From Octopus vulgaris (lineage: Eukaryota): 64,000 nucleotides of DNA. Shown piece by piece: positions 23,070 through 37,073 of this stretch (position 1 is the stretch's first letter; each line of letters starts with the position of its first letter). The stretch is from contig OX597823.1 of assembly GCA_951406725.2 (NCBI GenBank), forward strand, positions 36,022,001 through 36,086,000. The letters run 5' to 3'. A model generated the notes under the pieces. That model did not search any database. It was not told the origin of the DNA and worked only from the letters and a program-made list of their open reading frames with translations. Made by a program: the position numbers and the translations under genes.

Positions 23070-25699
23070 AGGGATAAATGTGGTAAAATCTATTGCTCTA
23101 CAGGTCATTTGGCACAAGGAAAGATGGAAATGTTATGAAATGTATGGGAGAGCAGGAGATAGGAATATAACATGGTTATAATAGCTGAGAGATAACTAAA
23201 TGGAGATATTGTATGTTCCAGCCTCCATCATCACTACCACTGCTATTTCTACAATTGTTTTGCTATGCTTGCAAAGCTTAATTAGGTCTTCTCCAGCACA
23301 GACTATCACCATTAAAAGTGGTCTTTTGTCATTTTCCTTCTTGAGATCCCTGTTTATTACTTTGTTCTACATCTTCCTTGGTCACTCTCTTCCACAATAT
23401 TCATCTGTGTCAAATATTTGGTACTTGTTAACACATCTCATATTCTCCATATGCATTACTTGATTAGTCTTCTCTGTTGCTCACTACATCTGATTCTAAC
23501 TTTTCTCTTGTAGTGAAGTCTAAGATCAAAAACTGGTGAGCAAACATATAATCATGTAAATATTATGCTTTACTCCTGTGAAAATAAATGCACATTAAAC
23601 AACATTCAAAGTTGGTTTTATTATGGGATAACATGCAGCTAACCTTCATACCAATTTTATTAAGATTCATCCAAGCAGCCCAACACTCTCAATTTATTTG
23701 TACTCATCTGTTGATACATATTAACATTACACATTTAACAGAGCATTCTTGCCTCATTTCTTTCCACTTCCACATTCAGAGCCTACATCTTATTACCAGA
23801 CAGCATTACCTTTCATACACAAATATCGAACAAACTGTGCTTCACTCTAAGATTGCCTGCCAAGTGATAGCTCTCTAAACATCTTCCAACTCATGTTTCC
23901 ACTAGTTACTATACTTTCAGAACACCCATCTGTATTACTAATAAGATTGAATGGTAACAAAATATTTCTAAGGGATCTTCCTGGCATTTGAAGGAATCTG
24001 TTCCACAAGAACTCTTCCATTTTAAAATAAAATTATAAAATATTATTCCATAAAATAAAAGTGTACATTTGAATGGAAGAACTGTGGAACTTCAGAGTTT
24101 GTTATGAACAGATAACAGCACACAGACAGAGAGTATATCCAGAGAGTATATTCACATAAAACTTGTGAATTACACATGTTCTCAAGAACAAAATCTAATT
24201 ACTCTCTGTGTGTGCATCCACGCATGCATATGCACTAAAAGAAATGCACATAGGTGAGAACTGTTGCTAATTCTGTCCAAGGAAGAGAAATTACTTTATG
24301 ATATTTATTCTAGTGAGGTCACAGAGATACTCCATTGTCACTGCTGCCAATACAAATGTAGTAAATCAGAAATTGGTCAGTTTTAAAACTACCAGCAAAG
24401 ATGTCATTGTCCAGAAATACATGATACAAAAAGATACTTTGTTTTGAAAGACTGAAAAGTAAGATGGTAAATTCTTGAAAAGTAATGTCCACAAACTAGT
24501 TTTCATTATTATTTAAAGTGACTTCACCTACAGCACTATTGACCTTAACAAATTCATAAACACAAGCAGTACCCATGGAAATTTCATGGTTATTATGAAA
24601 ATTGTGAAATTCCAGTTTTATTTATTTATTTGTCTCCCCCTTCTCCCCTTCCTCTCTCTCTATGTATATCTTTACATTCAAGATATAACTTCCCTTGATG
24701 ACATGAGCGTAACATTCAATTTTTTAAGCAAGCAGATGATAAATAATTGCACTTATGTGTATGTGATGGAAAAAAATTAGTTCAATTAAAAAAATATTTT
24801 TCAATTTCACACCACCACCACCTACACCACTGCTATTTGCCTCTCTCTGTTTCTCTCTCAATATAACTGCCTTGTACTTGAAACTCAAGAATACCAATGA
24901 ATTTGAATCAAGCTGTTTTGAACCATGATGATTTTATACATATACATATATATATATACATGGAGCAGTTGTATTTAACAACTGCAAAAACTTAGAAATT
25001 GAACCCAGATCACTATATCCAGTGTTTAAAAAAGTCAAGAATATGATTACAATTCACTAAAATACCATCAACATCATCAAAATATCTGATCATTCAAGAC
25101 TGTGTGGAACTGAAGCTAACAACAATTTCATCTTTGGCATGCTTTTTCTGAACAAGACCAGTACTTGATATTTAGCACATTTTAGCTAATATGGACAGAT
25201 GGTGGATAGCAGACATCAGACAAGACACAGTAGGTGGCAGTCAGTAGACAGTAGCAGAACCAGCAGCTAGCTAAAACACTGTCACAACACAAAAACAATG
25301 GACAGATGGCAACAGCAACTCACAAGAATCAGCTAGCATCAAGAGACTCACAACAGTGACTACTATCATACCTAGTCCAAAAACAATGAAATGACATTGT
25401 TTTTTTGTTTATGATAAAAATAAATACTTATCATAAATCTCAAACAGATTTCAGTCATCTTTATCATAACAAGTGGCTTCCCCATGACCTGACATCTAAA
25501 GAATCTTTCCTAGTCTCAACTTTCAGCATCATGGAGATGAAATGTCTTTCCTTTTGAACCACCTACAACATCATCAATGCCAACTGAAGTTTCCTTATTC
25601 CTCTTTGTGCAGACCTTATGCAACCCCTCAAAAAAAAACCAGCCTATCACTTTTGATGATACAGAGCCTTTAATGAAATCACCATGATGATTTATCTGA

Positions 25700-26990
25700 A
25701 GCCTAATACACCACTCTCCAAGGGAAATTTGGCACATTGATTTCATATCCCAATACACCACAGATATTCAGCACATTAAAGGCTCAGATAATTCTGCTAC
25801 CAACTCGCTTTTTCACACCCACATTGTATTACACACAGGTGCCTTTACCAACATCCAAGAGTTAGCCACTGACCCAGAAAATGATGAAGAATTAAAACTC
25901 TGAAATGCTTCCTCTTCTCTCTCTTTCAAACTTCCTCGACCCTCTTCCCCTGGTTATGTTTGATGCAACATTTCTATGGCTCATGAACATCCCTATATTC
26001 CAAAGAAGCACAGACATTTGGGTTTTTTCTGCTCTGCACAATCTATCACATACTGGAGCAAATTATACTCTGAAGCTGGTGACTGCCCAATTTATGTGGG
26101 CTGATGTAAACAAAGCTGTCAGGAACTGAGCCAAGAGTTGCGTCCCTTGTCAGAAGGTGAAAGTTCACCAAATTAAATCATCTCTGGGAACTTTCTCAAC
26201 ATCCGATGCATGGTTTCAGCATGTGCATATTGTCATTGCCGGACCACTGCTACAGCCTCAAAATTGCACACACCTCTTGACCTGTGTGGACCGCTTTTCT
26301 CAATAGCCTGAAACCATCTCTCTTCAAGATACCACAGCAGAAACAATAGCTAATGTTCTACTTCAACATTAGATCGCATGTTTTGGTACACCTGCTACCA
26401 TTACAACAGACAGAAGATGTCAGTTCAAATCTAATCTTTTCTCAGAATTGACATGCCTCTTAGATTGTAAAAGATCTCCTACAACGTCTTACCATCCTGC
26501 AGCCAGCAGTATGGTGGAACAGTTCTACTGACAACTGAAGCCCAATCTTAGAGCTTACTCCAACAACAGCAACTAGTTGAATTACCTATTCTTCATTATT
26601 CTTAGAATTCATTCTACTGTTAAAGAAGAAATTGGTGCTAGTCTGGCCAAAATGAAATATAGCACAATACTTACTTTACTTGATCACTCCTGTTGCACTT
26701 AAGGATTCTTCAGACCCAGCAAACTACATTCATCACTTGTGGGACTACAGGTCAAGTTTTCAATCTATTGTTCTACATTCTCAGAATGTGACCACCAATT
26801 ATCCATCAGATATTCAATAATGGTCTCATGTTTTTATGTGGAACTATGCTATTCAATCTCCACTTCAAGTACCATATTCAGGGCTCTTCAAAGATCTCTA
26901 CAGAATGTCAAAGTATTTTGTCCTGGATATCAATGGTAGAAAAAACTCAGTCAGCATTAACTGCCTAAAGAAGACTTCACATGGAGTCTA
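25700..26990 (+). mobile_element. Ty3/Gypsy pol relic (RNase H end plus integrase)
   Basis: HIDFISQYTTDIQHIKGSDN, HHCC region LHNLSHTG..CVPCQKVKVH, and core LLTCVDRFS..ITTDRRCQFKS..TTSYHPAASSMVEQF. Many stops. Confidence 0.92.
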
Positions 26991-28114
26991 AAACATCAAC
27001 TCCCCCACTTGATGCGACAACATCAGCACATACATCAACTGATACTTCCACATCTGCTCCAGTGACAACAATGTGATCGGGTTAGTGAGTGCACTGGCCA
27101 TCTCACTTTGGGCAGCACAGTGCATAACATAAAAAAAGAAAAGAATGCTACAGTCTTTGTATTTTTGTTTTTCCTTCTTTGTTCACACACATACATCTGA
27201 ATACATATACATCACACACACTGTAACATGCACAACATACACATAGACACTTATAAACACATTCATTACTAGCAGTATACATAAAATTACTATGGTTAAA
27301 AGACACCAGCCTACTTCAGCTGCTTATGTTCCTAAGCTTGGAAAAAGCCAAAGTGGTCCGTAGTATCAACCAACTGGTATTCAATTCAAATGCACGTATA
27401 CAAATACACAAATGCACATGAATATGCAACTCCTGACCCACTGATAGATTATACACCAACTCACTGAATACACATCATTATGTATGAGTCACTCGCTCAG
27501 ACACACATTTAGCTGCAATTATCTGGCTCCTCATACATTCATGTATTCTCATCAGATCTTCTTCCAAAGGACTTTTACAATTATACTCTAGCTTAACATT
27601 TAACCATGATTCTAATTTTTCTTGCATATTGTTCTTTTTGTAACTTTCTTTTCTCATTCTTGGGGCTTTGCAAATCTTCATGAATAAGACAGCACTGCAT
27701 TGAGCATGGATATGTTTTCTGATACTACTTTCAGTTAAATTACTTGCTTACTGTCTATGCAATTTAACATCTTAGTCTTGCATTCACCCTTTTCTGATGC
27801 ATGTTCCTTTACACACTTCACATTTGTAATTCTTGCACTTTTCTTATTTTGTTCAATTCACCATGAATGAACATACATATTTATATCAGCAATTATGTGG
27901 ATAAACAAATTAGATATATGAAATATAATAGTTTGAGTATAAAATACAAAATGTGTATAATTGTATACATGCAAAACGAGAGAAAACAAAAACTAGAGAC
28001 TTTCAGACAATGAATATTTAAGTATAAATATATAGATATTTATATTAATAGATCCAACTTACACAAAGTACAAACTACAGAGAAAATTAAAGGGGTGGAA
28101 GAAAGGTGTTATAA

Positions 28115-28240
28115 GTCCAACAACTGTTTATGGAGACTCAGGGATCCATCATAATATTGGTAGATGTAGTTCATCACAATATATGACCCTGATGGAAACA
28201 ATCAACAATGGGTAAGATGAGCCTCCATTATCAGGATAGA
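28115..28240 (-). ncRNA. Highly degenerate Penelope-type hammerhead motif
   Basis: Minus strand CTGATAA-TGGAGGCTCA...TGAGTCTCCA-TAAA-CAGTTG-TT. 10-bp stem II, two core substitutions. Lies 3' of the PLE endonuclease relic on the same strand. Confidence 0.5.
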
Positions 28241-29720
28241 AAATATGTTACATTTCAGATCTTAATGTATAGAAGTTCAAAGATGGAATGCTCAAATGTG
28301 GAGAGCAAGCTATATTAGAGGGGAGAAGTAGGAGGCTCAATGGGGTTATGGAAAGTGTTAAGGTATGGTGAGCAGAGAGAAGAGAGCTAGTTTAGGAAGA
28401 GGGAAGGAGTTAATAATGAGGGTTTTAAAGGAGGTGGGAGTAGAGGTAGAGGGTTAGGAGATGAATGGGAGAGGTAGGATTGATAGCAATTGAAAAGTAG
28501 CCAGTTGTGTTTGGTTTGTGTCTAGGTGACAAAGTTTAGGAAAAATAGCGATAGAATTATTGGAAGTTGAGATAGTGAGAAAAGGAATGGTAATTATTTG
28601 AGGGAGGGAAAGTGTCTAATTCAGTGACTGAGGGAAACAACTAAGGTATGAAGAAAGGTATGAGAGAAGATAGAGGGAGGTGAACAGAGTGATTAATACA
28701 ATAATGAATGTGGGTTGGCAATGGAGGGGGAGAACTGAGGTATGCAGAAGAGTGTGAAATTGAATAGAGAGAGAGGGGGAGGTTGAAAGGTTAGTATCTA
28801 ATTGAGTGGGATAGTTTTAAGTGCTTTTGGTTGAAGAGGAGAAATGAGAGAACCAGGAAAGAGTACCATTTGTGAGGATGGGGAGGCTGTGAGGGAGATG
28901 GAATGTAGTGAGTAAGAGGAATTTGTAAAGGTAATCATGAGAAGGAATAATTTAGTGGGGAGGGTGGTATTAGTGGAGGGGGTAAGTTGCTAGGCTGACC
29001 TTGTCATACCTCAAGGTTAATTAAAATTAGGGATTATTATTATTGTGAGTTTATATAGATTTAATAAAATGAGCAAATGATGAGTAGAACCTGTGTTTAC
29101 AAGAGAGTATTACATCTGAGAATCTATTAAGTAATGAAAAGTTGTGGTTGCGAAGGATGGTTAATAATTCCCTTTAGCACAATTTAGAAATACCAATGTT
29201 AGCATTGTGTAGGGGAGCCTCACTTACGATGGACCAGGATAGGGTATAAGGAACGTTTTGGTATTTGAGGTTGCTAAGGCGGTAAATAATTTAAAGCTTG
29301 GATTGGAAAAAGAGTTCATATGCACTTGGCAGCAACACTTGAAATCAAAAGTGCTGCAAATATACACCCTTGCTTGTTGGGAGCATAGTGTTATAACACA
29401 GCACTTGTAGATTTGAGACACCTGACAAGTGCAAGTTTGCCTATCTGCTCTGCAGTTGGAGTTTATCACTAGGGAGGTCAAGTTCCAATGGTCCATTATC
29501 AGTAAAGAACTGTAGGTATAATTGGTATCAGTATTGGATTAGGAGGGGGGTATCACTGCTAGCATATGTGGTCATATGAGAAGTATTATGGGAAGATGCC
29601 TTGAGTCTGTTATTATTTAGTCTTGGTGGGGGTCACTAAGGGTGGTATCATTTCCACTAGGTGGGTTATTTCTACTAGGTGGGTGCAGTGGGACAAATTG
29701 TAGGTTCTAAGGGCTGGCGT
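28240..29720 (-). mobile_element. Penelope-like element 3' relic (GIY-YIG endonuclease plus 3' region)
   Basis: ORF 29224-29496(-) IYKCCV..VYICSTFDFK...HMNSFSNPS....TALA matches the PLE GIY-YIG pattern IYK..YIGST..FK.R..H..SF.NP..TALS. Confidence 0.65.
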
Positions 29721-30491
29721 TGTAGTTTGCATTTGTTAGAGGAGGTTGTTTGTAGTGATTCACAGCACTTCTCCACTGATTGGATGATCCATTTTTCATG
29801 GATGGATTGGATGATCCATTTGTCCTCATTCTATTAAAACAAAGAACCATTTCCTTAGTGTTTCTTCAACAAATCCCTGATAGAAATCCATTGGGATTTC
29901 TATTAGCCTCATTCAATTGATGCAGATAGTTTTTAACACTTGATTTGGATATTTGGAGAATAGCTGCAATCAACCGGGTCATATAACAGAGGTTGGTGTT
30001 GCTGTTAATTTTTGTTGATTAGCCAGAGTGAAGTGCATCTGGAACTGAAAAATTTCCCAATTCAAATCTTGAAAATCATTTCAACTTCATACACAGCACC
30101 TATTTTTCTGCAGTTTTCCATCACTTTTTAGCTTTTTTAAAAATATAAAAACATGAAATGTTGATAATGTTTGTTTTGGTTCTCCATCTTCAGGGTAAGC
30201 CCAAGCACACATAATACAACCTGTCTCGTTGCAAATTTATGCTGAACTATGTTGACATGTCAAGTATCTAATGAAAGCACATGCACAAGAGGCAAACTGA
30301 AGTTAGCTACTTATTAAAGGGCTTGAAGTTTGTGAATCACATATATATGCTTCCCAACCAGATGATGTTTAGACCCACAGTGTAACATCTTGGGTAAGTG
30401 TCTACAACTATAGCTCCAAGCTGACCAAAGCCTTGTGAGTGTATATAGTAGTCAGAAACTGACAGAAATCTGTTCTGCATATGTATGTATG

Positions 30492-30531
<40 letters not shown>

Positions 30532-30537
<6 letters not shown>

Positions 30538-30770
30538 AGAGCAACGAGTTCAGTGAAGAATTCTGGGTGGAGGTAGGGGTCCATCAACGTTCAGTCCTTA
30601 GCCCCCTCCTATTTATCCTAGTCCTCCAGGCAATAACAGAGGAATTCAAGACAGGATGCCCCTGGGAGCTCCTCTATGCTGACGACCTTGCTCTAATTGC
30701 TGAGTCACTATCAGAACTAGAGGAGAAGTTCCAGATGTGGAAACAAGGATTAGAATTGAAGTGGCTGGGA
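30532..30770 (+). mobile_element. RTE-clade LINE reverse transcriptase fragment
   Basis: SEEFWVEVGVHQRSVLSPLLFILVLQAITEEFKTGCPWELLYADDLALIAES. Confidence 0.9.
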
Positions 30771-30779
30771 TAAACTACC

Positions 30780-31912
30780 TACATCAACTTGCTATAAAAG
30801 CAGGTAGTAATTTTACCAAGTACTTATTCTTAGTGCAAGTTTTGAAAAGTGCAGTTCAATTTTAACAGTTATTTTTTCAAAGCTATAATGGAAGTGGCAA
30901 AGGACCATATTCAGCATATTTTGCTTTATGAGTTCAATAAAGGCAACAACGCAATGGAAAGTGCAGGGAATATTAATGCAGTATATGGGGAGCGGACAAT
31001 TAGCATAAGCCAGTGTCAATAATTTTGGGCTGGAAAGAACAGCCTAGAAGATCTGTTGAGGATGTTCTGGAGGAACAAAATCCCATCATCAGAGAAGCTT
31101 GGATTTGGTCATTCAACCATTCATTGATACCTGTGTGCCATTAGAAAAGTCAGAAAATTGGGTCAATAAGTTCCTCACAGACTTTCCGAGTCTAATCGCA
31201 TACAGAGAGTGAATGTGTGATCTCTTTGCTGTCATGTCTCACGAATGAAACTTTTTGGGGGCCAAATAGTGGCTGGTGACAAGAAATGAGTTCACTATAA
31301 AAAGGTCATGCACCAAAGACAGTGGGTAAGGAAAGGAGAAACACCAGCATTCCAGGCTAAAGATGGTCATCACCCATGTAAGCTGTTGTTATCCATTTGG
31401 TGGGATATGAAAGGTTTAGTCCACTTTGAACTTTTAAACCTAAACCAAATGATAACAAAGGAAATCTACTGTGAGCAGCTTGAGCAGCTTAAATCAGTGC
31501 TAGAGGGAAAATGACCATCTTTGATTTCAAGACAAAAGGTTTTCTTCGATTAGGGTAATGCATGCTCAACCACATACAGCGAGGATAACATTCTAAAGGC
31601 TGGAGCAGTTTGAATGGGAAACAGTGCCCCACCCACCATATTCACCATCTGATTATCATTTAATCCACAGTTCTCAAAATCATTTGGACAGAAAAATATG
31701 AATTCTGTAGACAAGGTTAGAACAGTACTGGAGGAGTATTTTTCATCACAGACAAGTAAATTTTGGAAGAGGAGCCTTGCAAGTCTACCAGATAGATCGA
31801 AGAGCATTGTAGAAAATGAACAAGAGTACATTTTAGATTAAAAAAGAACTTTGTTTACCTTAATTTTGAAAAATAAAAGAAGTATAAAAAAATTATTTAT
31901 GGGATGACCCAA
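30780..31912 (+). mobile_element. mariner element relic with 3' TIR
   Basis: MEVAKDHIQHILLYEFNKGNNA (30888) and KLLLSIWWDMKGLVHFELL..ITKEIYCEQL. 3' TIR attatttatgggatgacccaa followed by TA. Confidence 0.9.
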
Positions 31913-31948
31913 TATATACACATGTATGTTTGTATGTACATATGTGTG

Positions 31949-32114
31949 CACTAGCATAGCTATCAGGTGGAAAAGGTGGTCCACCCTGGACAGCACTTTT
32001 AAATTGGTACCACTTTTGGGTCTGCTGTAGCCAATATGTGTTTTTTTTTGTTGGGTCCAGGGGCAGTAAACAGAAGGGCCACCCTGGTCAGCACACACTC
32101 AAGCTATGCTAGTG
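31949..32114. mobile_element. hAT-type MITE (166 bp)
   Basis: 13-bp TIRs CACTAGCATAGCT/AGCTATGCTAGTG. 8-bp TSD TATGTGTG at 31941-31948 and 32115-32122. Confidence 0.85.
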
Positions 32115-32347
32115 TATGTGTGTATGCATATATACATGTATGTATGCAAGCATGTATGTTTTTCTTTGAGATGCACCAAAGTTTATCTTAATAGAGTTCA
32201 AATAGAGTAACAAACTGACAAGTCTTTTTTGAGTTGTCAGTTCCTAGTTTCTGTAAACATGTGGCTAAGTTAGTGTGTGCATATATGTAGGTGTATGCAC
32301 CTGCTCTTCTGTTCTCTGTGAATATGTCTCTTTAGTGATTACATGTT

Positions 32348-32385
<38 letters not shown>

Positions 32386-32575
32386 TGCGTGTGGTCCTAG
32401 GTAAGTTTCAACTGAATGGCCACCTGTGCAGTAGCAATATTGTAAAGAAATGCGGGGGAGGGTTATGGCAATTCTTTTTGTCATCTTTTGTACACTCATT
32501 CACTATTTAAATGTTTAAAATACAGTTCTTTATTGTCCCAGCTATCATGATAATCTGTAGCATATGAATTATATA

Positions 32576-32726
32576 TGTATGTATGCATGTATGTATGTAT
32601 GTATGTATGTATGTATGTATGTATGTATGTATGTATGTATGTATGTATGTATGTATGTATGTATGTATGTATGTATGTATGTATGTATGTATGTATGTAT
32701 GTATGTATGCATGCATGTATGTATGC
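32576..32726. repeat. (TATG)n microsatellite
   Basis: Direct read. Source of the YVCM/HTYI pseudo-ORFs. Confidence 0.98.
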
Positions 32727-33726
32727 ATTTATATATATGTGTCCATCCAGCTATATATCTATCTCTTTTCCACTGTTCTCCACTTCTCTGTGTTGGTGTT
32801 TGCTTGTGTGAGTGTGTGTGTGTGTGTGTTATAAGATAATATAACTTTTTTGTCATAACATGAGTCAACGCACTCCCTTCAAATTATAGTGCCATAAGGC
32901 TCGCCACATTGCTAATGCCTTGCAATCTCGCCACAAGCCTGATTTTATGCATCCAGGCCACTACTTTGCCCTCACCATTAAAGGGTCTGATAACATCACT
33001 AGCGATCCTGATTTTAGCTGCCATCATGGTGACGTCTTATGTGGAGCACCGAAATAGCTTGTGGTGTATGCGGGAGATTTGAAGTAAAGGCACCTACCTT
33101 CTCTTTGTCAACGCAGACCTCTCTGGTGGTAATGCACCCTTCCACGTAGCCCGACCTGAACACTAAAAATAGCAGCTGCTTTTCCCTTACCTTGTTGAAG
33201 TGCTCACACATCCAACACTGTCGGCTACCCCAATCGAAAAGGCCCAATGGTCCCCTGCCTGCGCATGTGTCACTCCTGCGCCCATCCTCTTCCAGTCAGC
33301 TCCCCAGCTGCTGACGTTATCCCACAGTGATTAAATCTCCAACAACCAGCTTTCACCTCTTCTACTCATGTTTTCTTTGGTTGTCCTCTGTTACAGTTTC
33401 TTTTCATTTAGATCACTGGGAACTTATTTACCCAGTTGATATCCTCCATACACATTACATGTTAACCTGCAATACAATCTTCTCTCTTTTATACCCAGTT
33501 TTAGTTAAATCATTTATGTTCCATGGCTCACGTCTTCTTACATTTCACTTTCAGGAAAGTATACTCACTACATTTATTTTCAGATATCTTTTACATTCAA
33601 GGCTCATGTTTCATTACTATCTAACATCATACAATCTACCCTTCACTCACAGATAGAATTCCCAACAGAGTTAACACTTTGAGCACCCTGAACTTTTTCC
33701 ACCCTTTATTCTTCAGATTTTTATAT

Positions 33727-34800
33727 GTAGGGAATACGACCATACGTAAGGAGTTGGTGACAAATGTCTCCTTTTGAATGCCGCACGGTCTCCCCTAACA
33801 AGATAAGAAGCCAAATACATGATATAAAATACAGTGCCAAAAGGAATGGATGAAGGACGACAACCGTTCTACTGTTTGAGAGAGAAGAAGACTTTATTTA
33901 CAAAGTGTACAAAGAGAATGAGTGTGAGTGCTAGCAAAGTGTAGTGTCTGGATACATGCGACAAGTGTTTGTGTCTGTGTGTTCGTGTATGCGACAGAAG
34001 GTGAATGTGTATACAACAGAATACAGAGTATAAGATACGTTTCTGAACATATTGAGTTAAGATGGAATTTGTTTATCAGTTAGTAAGTGAGGTACACAAT
34101 AGCAAGTTCTATAACAAGATGTTGTGGATATGAGGTAGAGGCCGATTGGGCACATGTCGTGCATCGGTTGGGGCTTCAATGCCGTGCTGAGTCTCTTGAT
34201 ACAGAAAGTTCTTTCAGGTTGACTGCAACTGTTTTACCTCGGTGAAACATTCACAAACAGCGTGGAGTTTAGTCCTGGACGATGTTGATGTGTACATATT
34301 GCTGAAGTCGACAGAGATGGAGACAACGATGGTGATGACATCGGTGGAGATGGAGAACATCCTGTCTGTCGCTGGTGTAAGTTAGTGTCGTCATGGCTGG
34401 ATCAGAAGCATATTGGCTGGCTGGTTGTCTGTTGCTGGAACTGGAACGTGGCTGAGTAGCTCGGTGGTCAGTGACTAGACTTTAGGAAGACTGGACAGAC
34501 AGCTTGCAACTCTGAATCCATACAGAGTTCAATCCAGAACTGGGCCATATGGATATTAAACCAGAGAACCCTGACCACCCCATAGGGCAGAAACCTACCA
34601 CTTTGGTAGACAGAAGTGGAGAAGACAAGTATCTTGGTATGGCCACCCTTCTCATCTAATGTCAAAACTAATGTCCCCAGGAGTTTTATGTAGGTCTTCA
34701 AGAAAGCACTTCCTACACAGACTAAGAGCTATAACATTTATAACAAAACTGTATCAAGCTATCCTACACCACCACACCAAACATGTTGAAGCTTGTTAAA
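33727..34800 (-). mobile_element. Probable LTR-like relic
   Basis: Abrupt TGTAGGG terminus, CpG enrichment and a minus-strand AATAAA near 33894. The other end and TSD were not found. Confidence 0.35.
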
Positions 34801-36799
34801 TATAATATGTAGGCCTGCTTCAGGTAGAGTCTGAGGTCACCCCTCAAGATAAGTCTGTAGCGGGCTGAAGTGACATGCCATATCATGTCGATATGATGTA
34901 GCCAACTGCCAAATGTAGTGTATAGATGTAAAGTTTGAAGGTTCTTGCATCGGAGTAACCAGTAAACATCGAAGAGTCAACACCAAGAAGGAAGAAATAT
35001 TATTTACATATATTTATTTGTTTGCCCAACATGTAGTTAGAGATACAGCAATAATTGTAGTGGCAGTGACAACAAGTTCGCTTGCTGGTTGGTAGTTGAT
35101 ATTGTAGAGGTTGCTGTTTGCCAGTAGAGAGGGAAAGAGTAAGGAATGCACAGTGCTGACTAGAAAGAAAGAAAGGATAAAGGTGGCATCGTCTTTCTTG
35201 CGACCAAAGGCTTCTCTTCTTATGTTGAGTGAAGGGCAAAAGGAAAGTGCTGCTATTGGTCATGGCTGATGCAAAAGAGGAAAAGATAAGAAATGCTCTC
35301 TATTATATAAACTACGGTCAGTAATGTAGGTCAAACCTTAAAAAATGACTGACCTTTCCTTGACCAGTACAGGTCCTTGGGAGTCAAGTGTTTCCCCATC
35401 AATCATCTGGTATGGAGAGGATTTCCCACTTGTTTTGACAAGCAACAAGCAGGTAAATTTGGTTTCAAATCTCAGGCAGGGCTAAGCGAGGTCCCTACAA
35501 ATCTAATCAACATTGCACATACCCTAGTATCCACCCTGAGAGAACCCACAAGAGTAGGAAGGATCACGAGAAAAGTGAAACTTCTGGAAATTCCACAAAT
35601 TTTATGTGGCTCTTGACCCCACATTGCAGAGTACACCTACCAAACATGCACCCCACCACTGACTACTGATCTTGGGATCACTCAACAAAATTGGCTCCAA
35701 GCCTCCACTACATTGACACAACTGTCAAACCCTGCAGATTGCCCTCCTGGACAGACAATACAGACATGAACGTACAGTATAATTTTGAAGCAGTTAGACA
35801 ACAATAGCAGAAAATTTTGTATAGGAGCCATAGTTAACCCTGTGAAACAACATATTTCTATGCATAGGCACTCCCTCCCCAACCAGGGACGTAAGCACTT
35901 CACCTTACTAGCTGAGTATACCCATAAAAAGGATGATTCTAAGATTAGCTATAAATTGAATTAGTCGTAACTGGTTCATCCAAAACCTTACCAGAGAGGT
36001 AAGTGTTTTTGTGAATTATATATCAATGAAGGGTTGGAGATAATATTAGCTAATAGTAAACACATTCTTAGATATATCTACAAAATAAAACTTGAAATTT
36101 CTAAAAAAAATTGTGATTTGTATCAGTATGTATGTGTGCGCGGCCACAGTTTTTTTTTTTTTCCATACTAAATTCCGATATAATCGTATTCTTTACCACC
36201 TGAAAGGTATTTGTTGATAACCCTGTTTCTGAAAGTTACGAGGTGATAAAGTAGAATCGAGTGAATTTTCCGAAACTCTTTTCCCCGTCTTCGAAAAAAT
36301 TTTTCACAACAAATTCCGATGTAATCGAAATTTACACCATCTGAAGCGTATCTGAATAAATTTCATTTTAAAATATCAATTTTTCTGGAACTTAACAGGA
36401 CAGTTGGATGGCGGGAGCGGGAGACACAATTGTGAAGGTATGCCTTATTATTATTATATGAATACACATTTCTATGTATTTTATACGTGTAGGAACATTT
36501 TAATGTTCATGTTTATGGCTCTAAAACCTTACACTTTTACTGCAACAATATTGTATGTAGAAAAATATGTTCTTAACATCAATAGTGAGATTTTTCTAAT
36601 GAAGTAAACATTTGTTACATTAAGTGATAAAAAACAGCCATATTTTTAGTATCATCGAGAATCAGTTCTGCTCATTAATTTTTTATTTATAAATCCGAAT
36701 GCTTTCTTGTATTTACTTTCCCCATATATTGTTTATGTATTTTATAATAAAGTCAGATGGAAAGGAACCGGGAATATAAATCCGAAGAAAAAAAGCTTA

Positions 36800-37073
36800 T
36801 CTGACACCGTTTTATGACGTCGTTACTTTCCGGTCATTTCCGTTAAATATTTTTCCATGTAATTTTTGATGAAAAATTAATTTAATTTGAAATAATTTTT
36901 TAAACCTCAGTAAAATTATTAATACACATTCGGAAATATTCAGATTTTTTGTAAAACAAAAAGAATGTTAGGGTATTCCACTATGACGTCATTTTTCTAA
37001 CATTTTTATATGGCCGCGCGAATGCTAAGGCCAGTCACGTGACCCATTAGCTTTTTGTGAGCGCTCTATCCAG
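36800..37073 (+). promoter_or_regulatory. Candidate promoter and non-coding first exon of the UBAP2-family gene
   Basis: Locally CpG-rich unique sequence with TTCCGG (ETS-like, ~36828), palindromic CRE TGACGTCA (36984-36991), E-box GTCACGTGAC (37034-37043), consensus donor CAG|GTAAGT (37073/37074) and a YY1-like CATGGCG (~37254). The ATG exon at 46708 has a splice acceptor, so an upstream exon must exist. Confidence 0.55.

Noticed and set aside
24000-24090. Hairpin gttccaca..tcttccatt / aatggaaga..tgtggaac as a possible pre-miRNA
   Set aside because: The ~50-nt AT-rich loop and interrupted stem do not fit a Drosha/Dicer substrate.
24295-24451. Possible minus-strand exon with good acceptor and donor-like ends
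   Set aside because: Stops in all three frames and no partner exons found.
27478-27681. 67-aa charged ORF on the minus strand
   Set aside because: No splice signals or homology recognised, and it lies among transposon debris.
35600-35903. Possible gag relic (CFTGL..IQ..LL) on the minus strand
   Set aside because: Similarity too weak to call without a profile search.
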